Assembly (NCBI GenBank): GCA_965223485.1 | Contig: OZ244993.1 | Span: 8,483-72,482 of the forward strand | DNA: 64,000 bases | Reading direction: 5' to 3' | Source: Rhodothermales bacterium | Lineage (GTDB): Bacteria > Bacteroidota > Rhodothermia > Rhodothermales > VXPQ01 | Shown: positions 1 through 10,364 of the stretch, piece after piece | Position numbering within the stretch: position 1 is the stretch's first letter | How the letters are laid out: each line of letters begins with the position of its first letter | The notes under the pieces: model-generated | Databases searched by the model: none | What the model saw: only the letters and a program-made list of their open reading frames with translations | What the model was told of the DNA's origin: nothing | Translations under genes and position numbers: made by a program

Positions 1-1
1 T

Positions 2-1150
2 GGCCTTAGCATGGCGGTCACCGCCATGGTAGCCCGGCGAATCGGGGAAAAGAATCCCGAAGCAGCATCCGCTACCGCCTGGCAAGCCATTATTGCGGGA
101 ATCGTGATCTCTATCCCGTTCTCCGTGGTCGGCATCTGGTTTGCCCCCGATATGCTCCGCCTCATGGGCGCCACGGAGGAGGTCGTGGAATACGGCGCCA
201 CGTACGTTTCCATCCTCTTCGGCAGCAACATCACCATCCTGCTCCTTTTTCTCATCAACGCCATTTTCAGGGGAGCCGGCGACGCCGTATTCGCTATGCG
301 GGCGCTGGCCATCGCAAATCTTCTGAACATTGCGCTCGACCCCCTATTCATCTTCGGCCTGGGGCCCATTCCCGCCATGGGTATCACCGGGGCGGCTATC
401 GCGACGGCCTTTTCACGGGCCACAGGCATCGCCTATCAACTCCTCGTGCTGTTCCGGGGCAGCGGGCGACTGACCATACGGCGCAATGTGATGCACATGA
501 ACGGGAAGCTTTTGCGCCGCATGTTGAAAATTTCCGGACCGGGTATCGTGCAATATCTGGTCGCTTCGGCCAGTTGGATCGCCATCATACGCCTTGTGGC
601 GGCATTCGGCAGCGAGGCGGTAGCGGGTTATACGATCGGGATACGTGTCGTCATCTTTGCAATCCTGCCCGCGTGGGGCATGGCCAATGCGGCCGCCACG
701 CTGACCGGGCAAAACCTCGGCGCCGGGCAGCCTGAACGGGCTGCACGATCCGTGTGGATTACCGCCAGCGCCAGCGCGTCTATTCTTGCGCTGGCGGGTA
801 TCGGCTTGATGATGACATCCAGCACCATCATGCGCCTTTTTACCGACCAGCCTGAAGTGATCGAGGTCGGGGCATTGCTCTTGCGCTACCTCGGCGGAAG
901 CTACCCTTTCCTTGCCCTTGGCATGACTATGCTACAGGCCTTCAACGGAGCCGGTGACACCGTTACGCCTACATGGATCAACTTCTTCTGCGGATGGGTC
1001 TTCCAGATTCCCGTGGCGTTGCTGCTCGCACATACACTGGGCCTTGGAACAGAAGGCATTTTCATAGGCCTTGCAGCTACCCAGGTATTGTATGCCGCAG
1101 TGGGCATCGCATGGTTCCGACGCGGGCGCTGGAAATTGAAGGTGGTGTAG
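2..1150 (+). CDS. MATE family efflux transporter (5' end outside window)
   Basis: Polytopic membrane protein with MATE motifs (NAIFRGAGD, NIALDPLFIFG..GITGAAIAT, GQNLGA, FNGAGDT). The frame is open to the window edge (GLSMAV...). Confidence 0.93.
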   Translation, partial: GLSMAVTAMVARRIGEKNPEAASATAWQAIIAGIVISIPFSVVGIWFAPDMLRLMGATEEVVEYGATYVSILFGSNITILLLFLINAIFRGAGDAVFAMRALAIANLLNIALDPLFIFGLGPIPAMGITGAAIATAFSRATGIAYQLLVLFRGSGRLTIRRNVMHMNGKLLRRMLKISGPGIVQYLVASASWIAIIRLVAAFGSEAVAGYTIGIRVVIFAILPAWGMANAAATLTGQNLGAGQPERAARSVWITASASASILALAGIGLMMTSSTIMRLFTDQPEVIEVGALLLRYLGGSYPFLALGMTMLQAFNGAGDTVTPTWINFFCGWVFQIPVALLLAHTLGLGTEGIFIGLAATQVLYAAVGIAWFRRGRWKLKVV

Positions 1151-1158
1151 GTCCGGAA

Positions 1159-4100
1159 TCAACGAGTGTACACCGTCGGAGAATTTTCCACGCTCGGCAG
1201 CGTTTGTGATTCGTTTTGCACGGCCCCTACATCCCTGCGGGGCGCATTCCACCGAACGGCCGCCGGGTCAGGCACACGACCCGGTCCTCTCGGAGAAAAT
1301 CGCAAAAACACCGCATCCCCCTCAGGCATACGATCCAGAGGCACGCGCACCCGGCTGCGCGTGTACACCAGCGTCTCGCGACGACCCAGCTCGCGGCCTT
1401 CCCCGTCGTACGCCAGCACCTCGCCCGCAAATGGACGATCCTGCGTCTCCAGCAAAAACGTCGCCGACACAGAGCCCACATACGATATCGACAACAGTGT
1501 GGCGCGTAGCTGCGACGCCCCTTCGCCAGGTACATAGACCCCCGGTACGCGCATCGTCACACGAGCCGTCCGGTCACCGGAAACCTCCTCGGGCATACGG
1601 TCCGAACGAACATACTGACGAGGCGAGGACACCACATCGAAGAATGCCGCGCACCCACGCTCATCCATATCCGACAACGCACCCTCCTTCACCCCATACC
1701 GGACCAGACCCTTCTCACCAGGCTGCAATACCACAACCGCCGGATGTATGTCCACCACCTGGGACAAATCGCCCAGATGCGATCCCGATGCATCCTCTAC
1801 TACTACCTCCCGGCCATTCTCCGTCGCCTCCGTATACCCGAAACGGGCCGACACCGATACCTCCAATGGCACCAGCGACGGGTTCGACAACTCGAACACG
1901 CCGTGAGGCTTCTCCTCGGTCAAAAACGCAACGTCCGGGTAGATGCTAAGACTCTGCTCCTCCGTCAAGCCGGCGGGAACCTCCCGCGACGTGCTGAAGC
2001 GAACCCCTCCGGGGCCTATCGTGATCACACGCTGCGCGGGAACGACCGTCACTTCGACCTCCACCGAGTGCGTCTCTTCGCGCTCGCCCGAACGAAGAAC
2101 GATGTCCATAGCGCCCGCATACCGGCCCGAAGGCGCGTCCGTAAGGTCCAGCTCGCCTCCGAAGCGAAGAAGGCGGCAGGCGCCCTCCGTAAGCGTCGCC
2201 TCCGTATACAGCCCGCCTATCGCCTGAGAAGATAACTGCTCGCACGACTCCGCATACGACCAGGAAGGAGAAAGAACGAGCGAAGACGGCTCGGCAGCGT
2301 CCTCACGCTTCAGAAGAACCGGAGAGATAACCTCTATGGAAAGGTCCATCTCCCCGTTCTCGTCGAACGATGCGCCGCCGCCCGGCGAAAGCGTCATGCG
2401 CCCCGCATGGTACGGACCCGATACGCGCGTCGATATGCCATCGGTCAGCGGATCGAGCGACGCCTCGGTCTGTGACGACTGCACCCCGAAACGCAAGGAC
2501 GATGCGCTTACCGTTACGCCAAGAGCCGACGGATCGGAAGGCGCCCGCGAGGAAGACTCCGCTACGGCAGGCAAAGGATCGGCGGGAGGCTCTTCTGCGG
2601 GAGGCGAAACAGGATCCGGGGCAGGCGTCCGTATCCTGTCGAGCACCGTTACGGTAACGTCCTCTGTCACAGACTCCGCATTGTCGGCGCTTACCGTCAG
2701 CGTGTATTCGTACGTCTCGTCCTCGTCTACCGCGTCAGGTACAAGGAACATCGGGGAGGAAACGTCCGCAGCGCTGAGCAGCGCCGTGTCCGGCGTATCG
2801 CCCCGAGCCGCCCAGGCGTACGTATACTGCGGGTCATCGCCCGGAGCCCCCGATGCCGAGCAGTCGAACGCGATGTCTGCCGATCCCTCGTATACCGAAC
2901 CGGGATCCGCGCACACGAGCGCAAGCGCCTCCTTGTTCAGCACCGTTACGGTAACGTCCTCTGTCACAAACTCCGCATTGTCGGCGCTTACCGTCAGCGT
3001 GTATTCGTACGTCTCGTCCTCGTCTACCTCATCCGGTACGTAGAACATCGGGGAGGAAACGTCCACAGCGCTGAGCAGCGACGTATCCGGCGTATCGCCC
3101 CGAGCCGTCCAGGCGTACGTATACTGCGGATCATCGCCCGGAGCCCCGGACGCCGAGCAGTCGAACGCGAAGTCTTCCGAACCCTCGTATACCGAACCCG
3201 GATCCGCGCACACGAGCGCAAGCGCCCCCTTGTTCAGTACTTTCACTGTAACGTCGGTGCTGGCGGGATCCGCATTCTCCGCCGAGACGGTCAGCGTGTA
3301 CTCGTACGTCTCGTCCCCTGCCACTTCATCAGGCACGTAGAACGTCGGGGAGGAAACGTCCACAGCGCTGAGCAGCGACGTATCCGGCGTATCGCCCCGA
3401 GCCGTCCACACGTACGTATACTGCGGGTCGTCGCCCGGAGCCCCGGATGCCGAGCAGTCGAACGCGAAGTCCTCCGATCCTTCGTACACCGAACCCGGAT
3501 CCGCGCACGCGAGCGCAAGCGCACCCCGGTTCAAAACCGTCACGGTTACCTCTGCCGCAGCGTCTTCCGCATTCGCCGCCGATACCGTCAGCGTGTATTC
3601 GTACGTCTCGTCCTCGTCTACCTCCTCCGGTACGTAGAACATCGGGGAGGAAACGTCCACAGCGCTGAGCAGCGACGTATCCGGCGTATCGCCCCGAGGC
3701 TCCCAAACGTATGTATAGATAGAACCCCCGGGCGCGCCCGAAGCCGCGCAGTCCAAAGCGACGTCCTCCGAGCCTTCGTACACCGAACCGGGATCCGCAC
3801 ACGCCACCGCAAGCGCACCACGGTTCAAAACCGTCACCGTCACCTCTGCCGTCGCGGACTCCGCATTCTCCGCGCTCGCCGTAAGCAGATATTCGTACGT
3901 TGTCGTCGCATCTACCTCCTCCGGCACAGCAAACACCGGGGAAGCAATGTCCGCCCTGCTAAGCATATCCGTATTTGTCGTAGAGCTCCTGGCCGTCCAC
4001 TCATATTCGTAGGCGGAACCCGCCGGAGCACCGGACGCCGTGCAATCCAGAGCGAAGTCCGCCGATCCCTCGTATACCGAACCGGGGTCTGCGCACACGA

Positions 4101-7100
4101 GTGCAAGCGCACCCTTGTTCAGTACTTTCACTGTAACGTCGGTGCTGGCGGGATCCGCATTCTCCGCCGAGACGGTCAGCGTGTACTCGTACGTCTCGTC
4201 CCCTGCCACTTCATCAGGCACGTAGAACGTCGGCGAGGCGATGTCCGCGGCGCCAAGCAGATCCGTATTCGTCGTAGAGCTCCTGGCCGTCCACTCATAT
4301 TCGTAGGCGGAACCCGCAGGAGCCCCCGACGCCGAGCAGTCGAACGCGAAGTCCTCCGAGCCTTCGTACACCGAACCGGGGTCCGTGCACACAATCGCAA
4401 GCGCACCCCGGTTCAGCACCGTCACCGTTACCTCCGCCGAGGCAGACTCCGCATTCTCCGCACGCGCCGTCAACAGGTACTCGTACGTCGTCGTCTCGTC
4501 CAACGCATCAGGCACGTAGAACGTCGGAGAAGGTATGTCCGCAGCGCTCAATCGGGACGTGTTCGGCGTCGCGCCCCGAGGCTCCCAAACGTATGTATAG
4601 ATAGAACCCCCGGGCGCGCCCGAAGCCGCGCAGTCCAAAGCGACGTCCTCCGAGCCTTCGTACACCGAACCGGGATCCGCACACGCCACCGCAAGCGCAC
4701 CACGGTTCAAAACCGTCACCGTCACCTCTGCCGTCGCGGACTCCGCATTCTCCGCGCTCGCCGTAAGCAGATATTCGTACGTTGTCGTCGCATCTACCTC
4801 CTCCGGCACGGCAAACACCGGGGAAGCAATGTCCGCCCTGCTAAGCATATCCGTATTTGTCGTAGAGCTCCTGGCCGTCCACTCATATTCGTAGGCGGAA
4901 CCCGCAGGAGCCCCCGATGCCGAGCAGTCGAACGCGAAGTCCTCCGAGCCTTCGTACACCGAACCGGGGTCCGTGCACACAATCGCAAGCGCACCCCGGT
5001 TCAGCACCGTCACCGTTACCTCCGCCGAGGCAGACTCCGCATTCTCCGCACGCGCCGTCAACAGGTACTCGTACGTCGTCGTCTCGTCCAACGCATCAGG
5101 CACGTAGAACGTCGGAGAAGGTATGTCCGCAGCGCTCAATCGGGACGTGTTCGGCGTCGCGCCTATGGCTGTCCACTCGTACGTATAATCGACGTTGTCC
5201 CCCGTATCCCCTGAAATCGAACAGTCCAACGCGAAGTCCTCCGAACCCTCGTACACCAGGGGAGGCGATGCGCAAACGAGCGCAATGGATCCAAGGTTAA
5301 GCACCTTCACCGTCACCTCTGCCGTCGCATCTTCCGCATTTTCCGCCGAGACGGTCAGCAGGTACTCGTACGTCGTCGTCTCGTCCAACGCATCCGGCAC
5401 CGAAAACGTCGGGGCGGGACCGTCCGCGCCACTGATGAGCCGATCCGTGTTTGCCGTACTTCCCCGGGCCGTCCATTCGTACGCGTAGTCGGAACCCGAA
5501 GGGGCGCCCGAAACCGAGCAGTCGAACGCGATATCTTCCGAGCCTTCGTAGACCGAACCGGGATCCGCGCACACGAGCACAAGAGCCTCCTTGTTCAGCA
5601 CCGTCATGGTAACGCCCTCACTCACAGACTCCGCATTGTCGGCGCTTACCGTCAGCGTGTATTCGTACGTCTCGTCCTTCTCCACTTCCTCCGGTACGGA
5701 AAACGTCGGAGAAGGATCGTCCGTATTGCTTAAGAGCGACAGGTCAGGAGTCGCGCCCCGAGGCTCCCAAACGTATGTATAGATAGAACCCCCGGGCGCG
5801 CCCGAAGCCGAGCAGTCGAACGCGAAGTCTTCCGAGCCTTCGTAGACCGAACCGGGATCCGTGCACACAAGCGCAAGTGCGCCCCGATTCAGCACCGTCA
5901 CCGTCACCTCCGCCGAAGCAGACTCCGCATTCTCCGCCGAGACCGTCAACAGGTACTTGTACGTCGTCGTCTCGTCCACCTCCTCCGGCACGACAAACGT
6001 CGGAGTGAGACTGCCCGTGTCCGTCAACCGATCGGCGACATCCGTACCGGTCCAACTGTAGGTCGGATCCGTCGGCTCGGTCGTCACCCTACAGTCCAGC
6101 GTAATATCGTCCGCACCCTCGTAGACATCCGTATCGTTACACGTAACGACAGGACGCGGCGCATCCGTGTGCAGCACCGTCACTGTAACCTCGGCCCTGC
6201 CGTCTTCCGCATTCTCCGCACTCGCCGTTACCGTGTAGGTATACGTCGTGTTTTGCGGCACATCGTAAGGCACGTCGAATGTCGGCGTTGCCGTATCGTG
6301 ATCCGTAAGACGATCGGTCGGAGACCATGACCACGTATACGAAGAGCCGCTCGGAGCGCCCGACGCCTCGCAGGCCAGTTCAATGTCGGCCGAGCCCTCG
6401 TACACGGGATCGGGATCCGCGCACGCAACAGCGATTGCAGGCCTTGGCAGTACTCTTATCGTAATATCCTGGCTCGCGAACAAGTTTAACGTTAGCGGCG
6501 CACATGGCCCCAGACATCGGCCTCTCCAAAGCCCTATCGTGTACTTGTAGGTCGTAGCGCTATTCACTGTTGCAGGCATGTGGAACCTCCTCGACGCCAA
6601 ACCGGTCCAGGTCAATCCATGCGGCTCCGGCAACTCCCACGGGAAGCCCGAGATGACGGAGACGGCCTGGGGAAGGCCATCGGGGCTCCAGGCCGACCAA
6701 AACCACAGGTAGACGCCAACCGGCGTGTTCGGGAGTCTGCAACTCAATTCAATGTCGTCCGATCCGGCGTACCTTTCAAAATAGGTTCCGTTACAAACTA
6801 TCTCGACGGGAAGACCCGTGTCGAGCACCGTCACCGTCACCTCTTCCGTTGCCGATTCCGCATTCTCCGCCGTAGCCCTTACCGTGTACGTATACGTCGT
6901 GTCTTGCTCTACACTGCCAGGTACAGCGAACGTGGGCGTGCCAGTATCGTGATCCGTAAGACGATCGGTCGGAGACCAGGACCACGTATACTGCGGATCG
7001 TCCCCCGGAGCGCCGGACGCCTCGCACTCCAGTTCAATGTCGGGCGAACCCTCGTACACTTCGTAGGGGCTGTCTTCACATGTGACGGTTATATCAGGCT

Positions 7101-10100
7101 TGTTCTTTACATGCACCGTATAGGACATTAAAAAAGGATCCGCATTGTCCGCCGATACCGTCATCGTATAATCGTACTTCTCATCCTCGGAAACTGCATC
7201 GGGAACCCGGAAGAAAGGCCGCTCGATGTCCGTGGCGCTCAAAAGAGAGATAGCGGTAATCGGAGTGCTTCCCCTGGCCGTCCAGCCGAATCCGTAGACA
7301 GCAGGATCCGGAGCATCTGTATATTGACAATGCGGAAACTGGAAATCTGGCGCCCCTTCATAGACTGTAAACACATAAAAACCACCGATAAAACTTCCGC
7401 ATGGAACGATATCCGGCTTCTCCAGCACCGTGACAGTCACATCTTCGGTGACGTCATCGATGCCGGGAGCCGACAGCGTCACCGTGTATTCGTAATCCTT
7501 ATTCGCACCGCCCGGCTCGTCGATATCGCCCGGCGGCGCGAACGTCGGTTGCAGAATAGTCGTACTGCTCAGGTCGTTCGTATTCGATGTACTGCCCCGA
7601 ACCGCCCACGAGTACGCAGCGCCCGTCGGCTCGTTCGCCACCGAACAGTCCAGCGTAATATCGGCCGCACCCTCGTAGACCTCGGAATCATTGCAGGTGA
7701 TGGAGGGAGGAGGCGCCGTATCCGTGTCGAGCACATACACCCCAACCTGCACCGAAACGTCGTCTGCGTTCGCGGCGCTCACGGTCAGCGTATACTCGTA
7801 CGCCTCGTCCTCGTCCACCGCATCCGGCACGTTAAACGTCGGAACTTCTATGTTCGCCGCGCTAAGCAGCGCCGTATCCGGCGTGCTGTTCAGAGCCGTC
7901 CATGCGAACGCGTAGGTGGTTATATGCGCGTAGGCGGGCGCACCTGCCCATCCGTGTTCGCAAATGCGTAATGGAAAATCCGGGCTGCCTTCGCCCCTGG
8001 ATATAGCAAAGAAGAATGCACGTCCTACTTCCAGACAATAGATATCCGGTTTCTCCAGCACGGTCACGATAACGTCCTCGCTGGCCTGCTCGACGCCTCC
8101 GGCCGTCATCGTCACGGTGTATTCGTAGTCCTTATTCGCACCGCCCGGCTCGTCGATATCCCCCGGCACCGAAAATGTGGGAGTAATGCCGTCCGTACCG
8201 CTCAACCGATCAGCAATATGGGTACCGGTCCACGCGTATGCAGCGTCCGTCGGCTCGTTCGTCACTGAACAGTCCAGCGTAAAATCAGCTGCACCCTCGT
8301 ATACCTCGGAATCATTGCAGGTGATAACAGGAACCAGCACACCCCTGTCCTCCACCGTCACCGTAACTTTGCGAGTGTAGTCGTCTGCATTCGCCGCGCT
8401 CACTGTCAGCGTATACTCGTACGTCTCGTCGCTCCCTACCGTATCCGGTACGTAAAACGTCGGAGTTTCTATGTTCGTCGCGCTAAGCAGGTGCGTATCG
8501 GGCGTGCTGCCCCGAGCCGTCCATGCGTACGTGTAGTTGGAACCGACAGGCGCACCTTGCCATCCTGATTCACAACCATGGTATAGTAGCGTATCCGGGT
8601 TACCTTCGAATACGTCGGATAGGACCCAACCTTCTTTACTGCAATAGATATCCGGTTTCTCCAGCACGGTCACGATAACGTCCTCGCTGGCCTGCTCGAC
8701 GCCGCCGGCCGTCATCGTCACGGTGTATTCGTAGTCCTTATTCGCACCGCCCGGCTCGTCGATATCGCCCGGCGGCGCGAACGTCGGTTGCAGAATAGTC
8801 GTACTGCTCAGGTCGTTCGTATTCGATGTACTGCCCCGAACCGCCCACGAGTACGCAGCGTCCGTCGGCTCGTTCGCCACCGAACAGTCCAACGTAATGT
8901 CCGCCGTCCCTTCATAGACCGGGTCGGGATGTGTACAGGCGAGCGAAGGCGGCGGCGGACCCGTGTCGCGCACATGCATTCTTATAAGATCTCTATCCAC
9001 GTCCGGGGGATCACTGGCTATCACCCAATATCGGTACTCGGTGTCCCCGTTCACGTTTTCCGGCACATCGAAGACGGGGCTGGAGATGTCCACAGCACTG
9101 AGGCGGCTCGTGTTCGCAGTACCCCCCGCAGCCGTCCAACTCCAGGTATATGTCCTCCCCGGCTCCGCCGTGAGGCGACATTGGATTGTAAAATCGGGAT
9201 CTCCTTCATCGACGTGGTAGATGGTCCCGGACCACACAGTTAAGAAATGATACTCGTTGTCCACTGTGTCGTGGGTGCAATCTACGTTCCACGATGCACC
9301 GTTCGTTGCGGCAATATCGCCAACCGCCTCGCCTCCGACGACCCTGACCGTGACCCTGCGCCTTGCCGTGCGGGGCGTCCCCGAAGCCTGCGACGTCATG
9401 CTCGCTATGTAATGGTACTCCTCGCCCGCACTGCCCGCAGGAGCCGTAAACAACGCCGACGACCTGTCCGTCGCATCCAGAAGCGACGTGCTCGCGCCCC
9501 AAAGACCCTCCCACTCCCACAATATCGACGCCCCGTCCTCGTCGTAGTCCATACGATGCGACAACGGATCCGCCCCCTCGCAATCGAGCGCGATCGTCTC
9601 GCCCTCCTCAACCGCTACCTCCAGCGGACAATACACGCTCGGACGACTGCCCGATACGTACACCTCCACCTCCCGCCACGACGAAAGACCCGTAGCGCGG
9701 GAGGTCGCCGTCAAGCGGTACCGGTAAAGAAACGTCGTCTCCCCCGAATAAAACGACTCCAGCGTCTCGTACGCCGGAGCCTCCGGAGCCACTACCGAGG
9801 GATTCGGAACATCCTCGGGCGTCAACCTCGGATTGTCCAGATAGTCCCGCGTCGTACTTCCCACAGGCTCCCACGAATACTCCAGGTGTTCCTCTCCCGA
9901 AGCGTCCCATGCATGACACTCGACCTGTCCCGTCTCGAGCTCCTCCAGAAAAACAGCCACGGGACACTCCAGACGAGGAGGCGTCCGCCAGGCAGGACCG
10001 GAAGACTCACCCGGGCGCGCTTCTCCTTCCGGACCGAATCCGAAAGGATCCGGCGTCTTCTCCCGAGGCGCGCAGCTTTCCCCGAACTCGCCGGGAACCG

Positions 10101-10320
10101 TAAAAGGATCGCATTCCTCCTGCACAACGGGCGCCCAGGCCGATTCCTCCGCAACGCCGCCCTTTACCGGAAAACCCTCTTCCCGGATCACCTGGCCCTG
10201 CGCCGAAGAAACGCAGAGCAGCGCCCCAACGGCAAGCACGCACGCCAGGCGCCGAAACGCGATGGCGTTGCAGAAGTTGCGATCGCCGTCAAACAGGATA
10301 ACGGGGCGGGGATCGTTCAT
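1159..10320 (-). CDS. Giant secreted Ig/PKD-like repeat protein, paralog 1 (putative adhesin)
   Basis: ORF 1159-10443. Likely start is the ATG at 10320 (MNDPRPV..., TAAGG upstream), followed by the h-region and cleavage site LACVLAVGALLCVSSAQG. Roughly 24 repeats of ~98 aa (C-x16-C, YxYxW, SPTFxVP, ETYEYxLTVSA, EVTVTVLN), then the conserved C-terminal region. Confidence 0.88.
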   Translation of the reverse strand: MNDPRPVILFDGDRNFCNAIAFRRLACVLAVGALLCVSSAQGQVIREEGFPVKGGVAEESAWAPVVQEECDPFTVPGEFGESCAPREKTPDPFGFGPEGEARPGESSGPAWRTPPRLECPVAVFLEELETGQVECHAWDASGEEHLEYSWEPVGSTTRDYLDNPRLTPEDVPNPSVVAPEAPAYETLESFYSGETTFLYRYRLTATSRATGLSSWREVEVYVSGSRPSVYCPLEVAVEEGETIALDCEGADPLSHRMDYDEDGASILWEWEGLWGASTSLLDATDRSSALFTAPAGSAGEEYHYIASMTSQASGTPRTARRRVTVRVVGGEAVGDIAATNGASWNVDCTHDTVDNEYHFLTVWSGTIYHVDEGDPDFTIQCRLTAEPGRTYTWSWTAAGGTANTSRLSAVDISSPVFDVPENVNGDTEYRYWVIASDPPDVDRDLIRMHVRDTGPPPPSLACTHPDPVYEGTADITLDCSVANEPTDAAYSWAVRGSTSNTNDLSSTTILQPTFAPPGDIDEPGGANKDYEYTVTMTAGGVEQASEDVIVTVLEKPDIYCSKEGWVLSDVFEGNPDTLLYHGCESGWQGAPVGSNYTYAWTARGSTPDTHLLSATNIETPTFYVPDTVGSDETYEYTLTVSAANADDYTRKVTVTVEDRGVLVPVITCNDSEVYEGAADFTLDCSVTNEPTDAAYAWTGTHIADRLSGTDGITPTFSVPGDIDEPGGANKDYEYTVTMTAGGVEQASEDVIVTVLEKPDIYCLEVGRAFFFAISRGEGSPDFPLRICEHGWAGAPAYAHITTYAFAWTALNSTPDTALLSAANIEVPTFNVPDAVDEDEAYEYTLTVSAANADDVSVQVGVYVLDTDTAPPPSITCNDSEVYEGAADITLDCSVANEPTGAAYSWAVRGSTSNTNDLSSTTILQPTFAPPGDIDEPGGANKDYEYTVTLSAPGIDDVTEDVTVTVLEKPDIVPCGSFIGGFYVFTVYEGAPDFQFPHCQYTDAPDPAVYGFGWTARGSTPITAISLLSATDIERPFFRVPDAVSEDEKYDYTMTVSADNADPFLMSYTVHVKNKPDITVTCEDSPYEVYEGSPDIELECEASGAPGDDPQYTWSWSPTDRLTDHDTGTPTFAVPGSVEQDTTYTYTVRATAENAESATEEVTVTVLDTGLPVEIVCNGTYFERYAGSDDIELSCRLPNTPVGVYLWFWSAWSPDGLPQAVSVISGFPWELPEPHGLTWTGLASRRFHMPATVNSATTYKYTIGLWRGRCLGPCAPLTLNLFASQDITIRVLPRPAIAVACADPDPVYEGSADIELACEASGAPSGSSYTWSWSPTDRLTDHDTATPTFDVPYDVPQNTTYTYTVTASAENAEDGRAEVTVTVLHTDAPRPVVTCNDTDVYEGADDITLDCRVTTEPTDPTYSWTGTDVADRLTDTGSLTPTFVVPEEVDETTTYKYLLTVSAENAESASAEVTVTVLNRGALALVCTDPGSVYEGSEDFAFDCSASGAPGGSIYTYVWEPRGATPDLSLLSNTDDPSPTFSVPEEVEKDETYEYTLTVSADNAESVSEGVTMTVLNKEALVLVCADPGSVYEGSEDIAFDCSVSGAPSGSDYAYEWTARGSTANTDRLISGADGPAPTFSVPDALDETTTYEYLLTVSAENAEDATAEVTVKVLNLGSIALVCASPPLVYEGSEDFALDCSISGDTGDNVDYTYEWTAIGATPNTSRLSAADIPSPTFYVPDALDETTTYEYLLTARAENAESASAEVTVTVLNRGALAIVCTDPGSVYEGSEDFAFDCSASGAPAGSAYEYEWTARSSTTNTDMLSRADIASPVFAVPEEVDATTTYEYLLTASAENAESATAEVTVTVLNRGALAVACADPGSVYEGSEDVALDCAASGAPGGSIYTYVWEPRGATPNTSRLSAADIPSPTFYVPDALDETTTYEYLLTARAENAESASAEVTVTVLNRGALAIVCTDPGSVYEGSEDFAFDCSASGAPAGSAYEYEWTARSSTTNTDLLGAADIASPTFYVPDEVAGDETYEYTLTVSAENADPASTDVTVKVLNKGALALVCADPGSVYEGSADFALDCTASGAPAGSAYEYEWTARSSTTNTDMLSRADIASPVFAVPEEVDATTTYEYLLTASAENAESATAEVTVTVLNRGALAVACADPGSVYEGSEDVALDCAASGAPGGSIYTYVWEPRGDTPDTSLLSAVDVSSPMFYVPEEVDEDETYEYTLTVSAANAEDAAAEVTVTVLNRGALALACADPGSVYEGSEDFAFDCSASGAPGDDPQYTYVWTARGDTPDTSLLSAVDVSSPTFYVPDEVAGDETYEYTLTVSAENADPASTDVTVKVLNKGALALVCADPGSVYEGSEDFAFDCSASGAPGDDPQYTYAWTARGDTPDTSLLSAVDVSSPMFYVPDEVDEDETYEYTLTVSADNAEFVTEDVTVTVLNKEALALVCADPGSVYEGSADIAFDCSASGAPGDDPQYTYAWAARGDTPDTALLSAADVSSPMFLVPDAVDEDETYEYTLTVSADNAESVTEDVTVTVLDRIRTPAPDPVSPPAEEPPADPLPAVAESSSRAPSDPSALGVTVSASSLRFGVQSSQTEASLDPLTDGISTRVSGPYHAGRMTLSPGGGASFDENGEMDLSIEVISPVLLKREDAAEPSSLVLSPSWSYAESCEQLSSQAIGGLYTEATLTEGACRLLRFGGELDLTDAPSGRYAGAMDIVLRSGEREETHSVEVEVTVVPAQRVITIGPGGVRFSTSREVPAGLTEEQSLSIYPDVAFLTEEKPHGVFELSNPSLVPLEVSVSARFGYTEATENGREVVVEDASGSHLGDLSQVVDIHPAVVVLQPGEKGLVRYGVKEGALSDMDERGCAAFFDVVSSPRQYVRSDRMPEEVSGDRTARVTMRVPGVYVPGEGASQLRATLLSISYVGSVSATFLLETQDRPFAGEVLAYDGEGRELGRRETLVYTRSRVRVPLDRMPEGDAVFLRFSPRGPGRVPDPAAVRWNAPRRDVGAVQNESQTLPSVENSPTVYTR

Positions 10321-10364
10321 CGGATTGGCCTTACATGGCGATCGACTCTGAGATATCCAACGGT

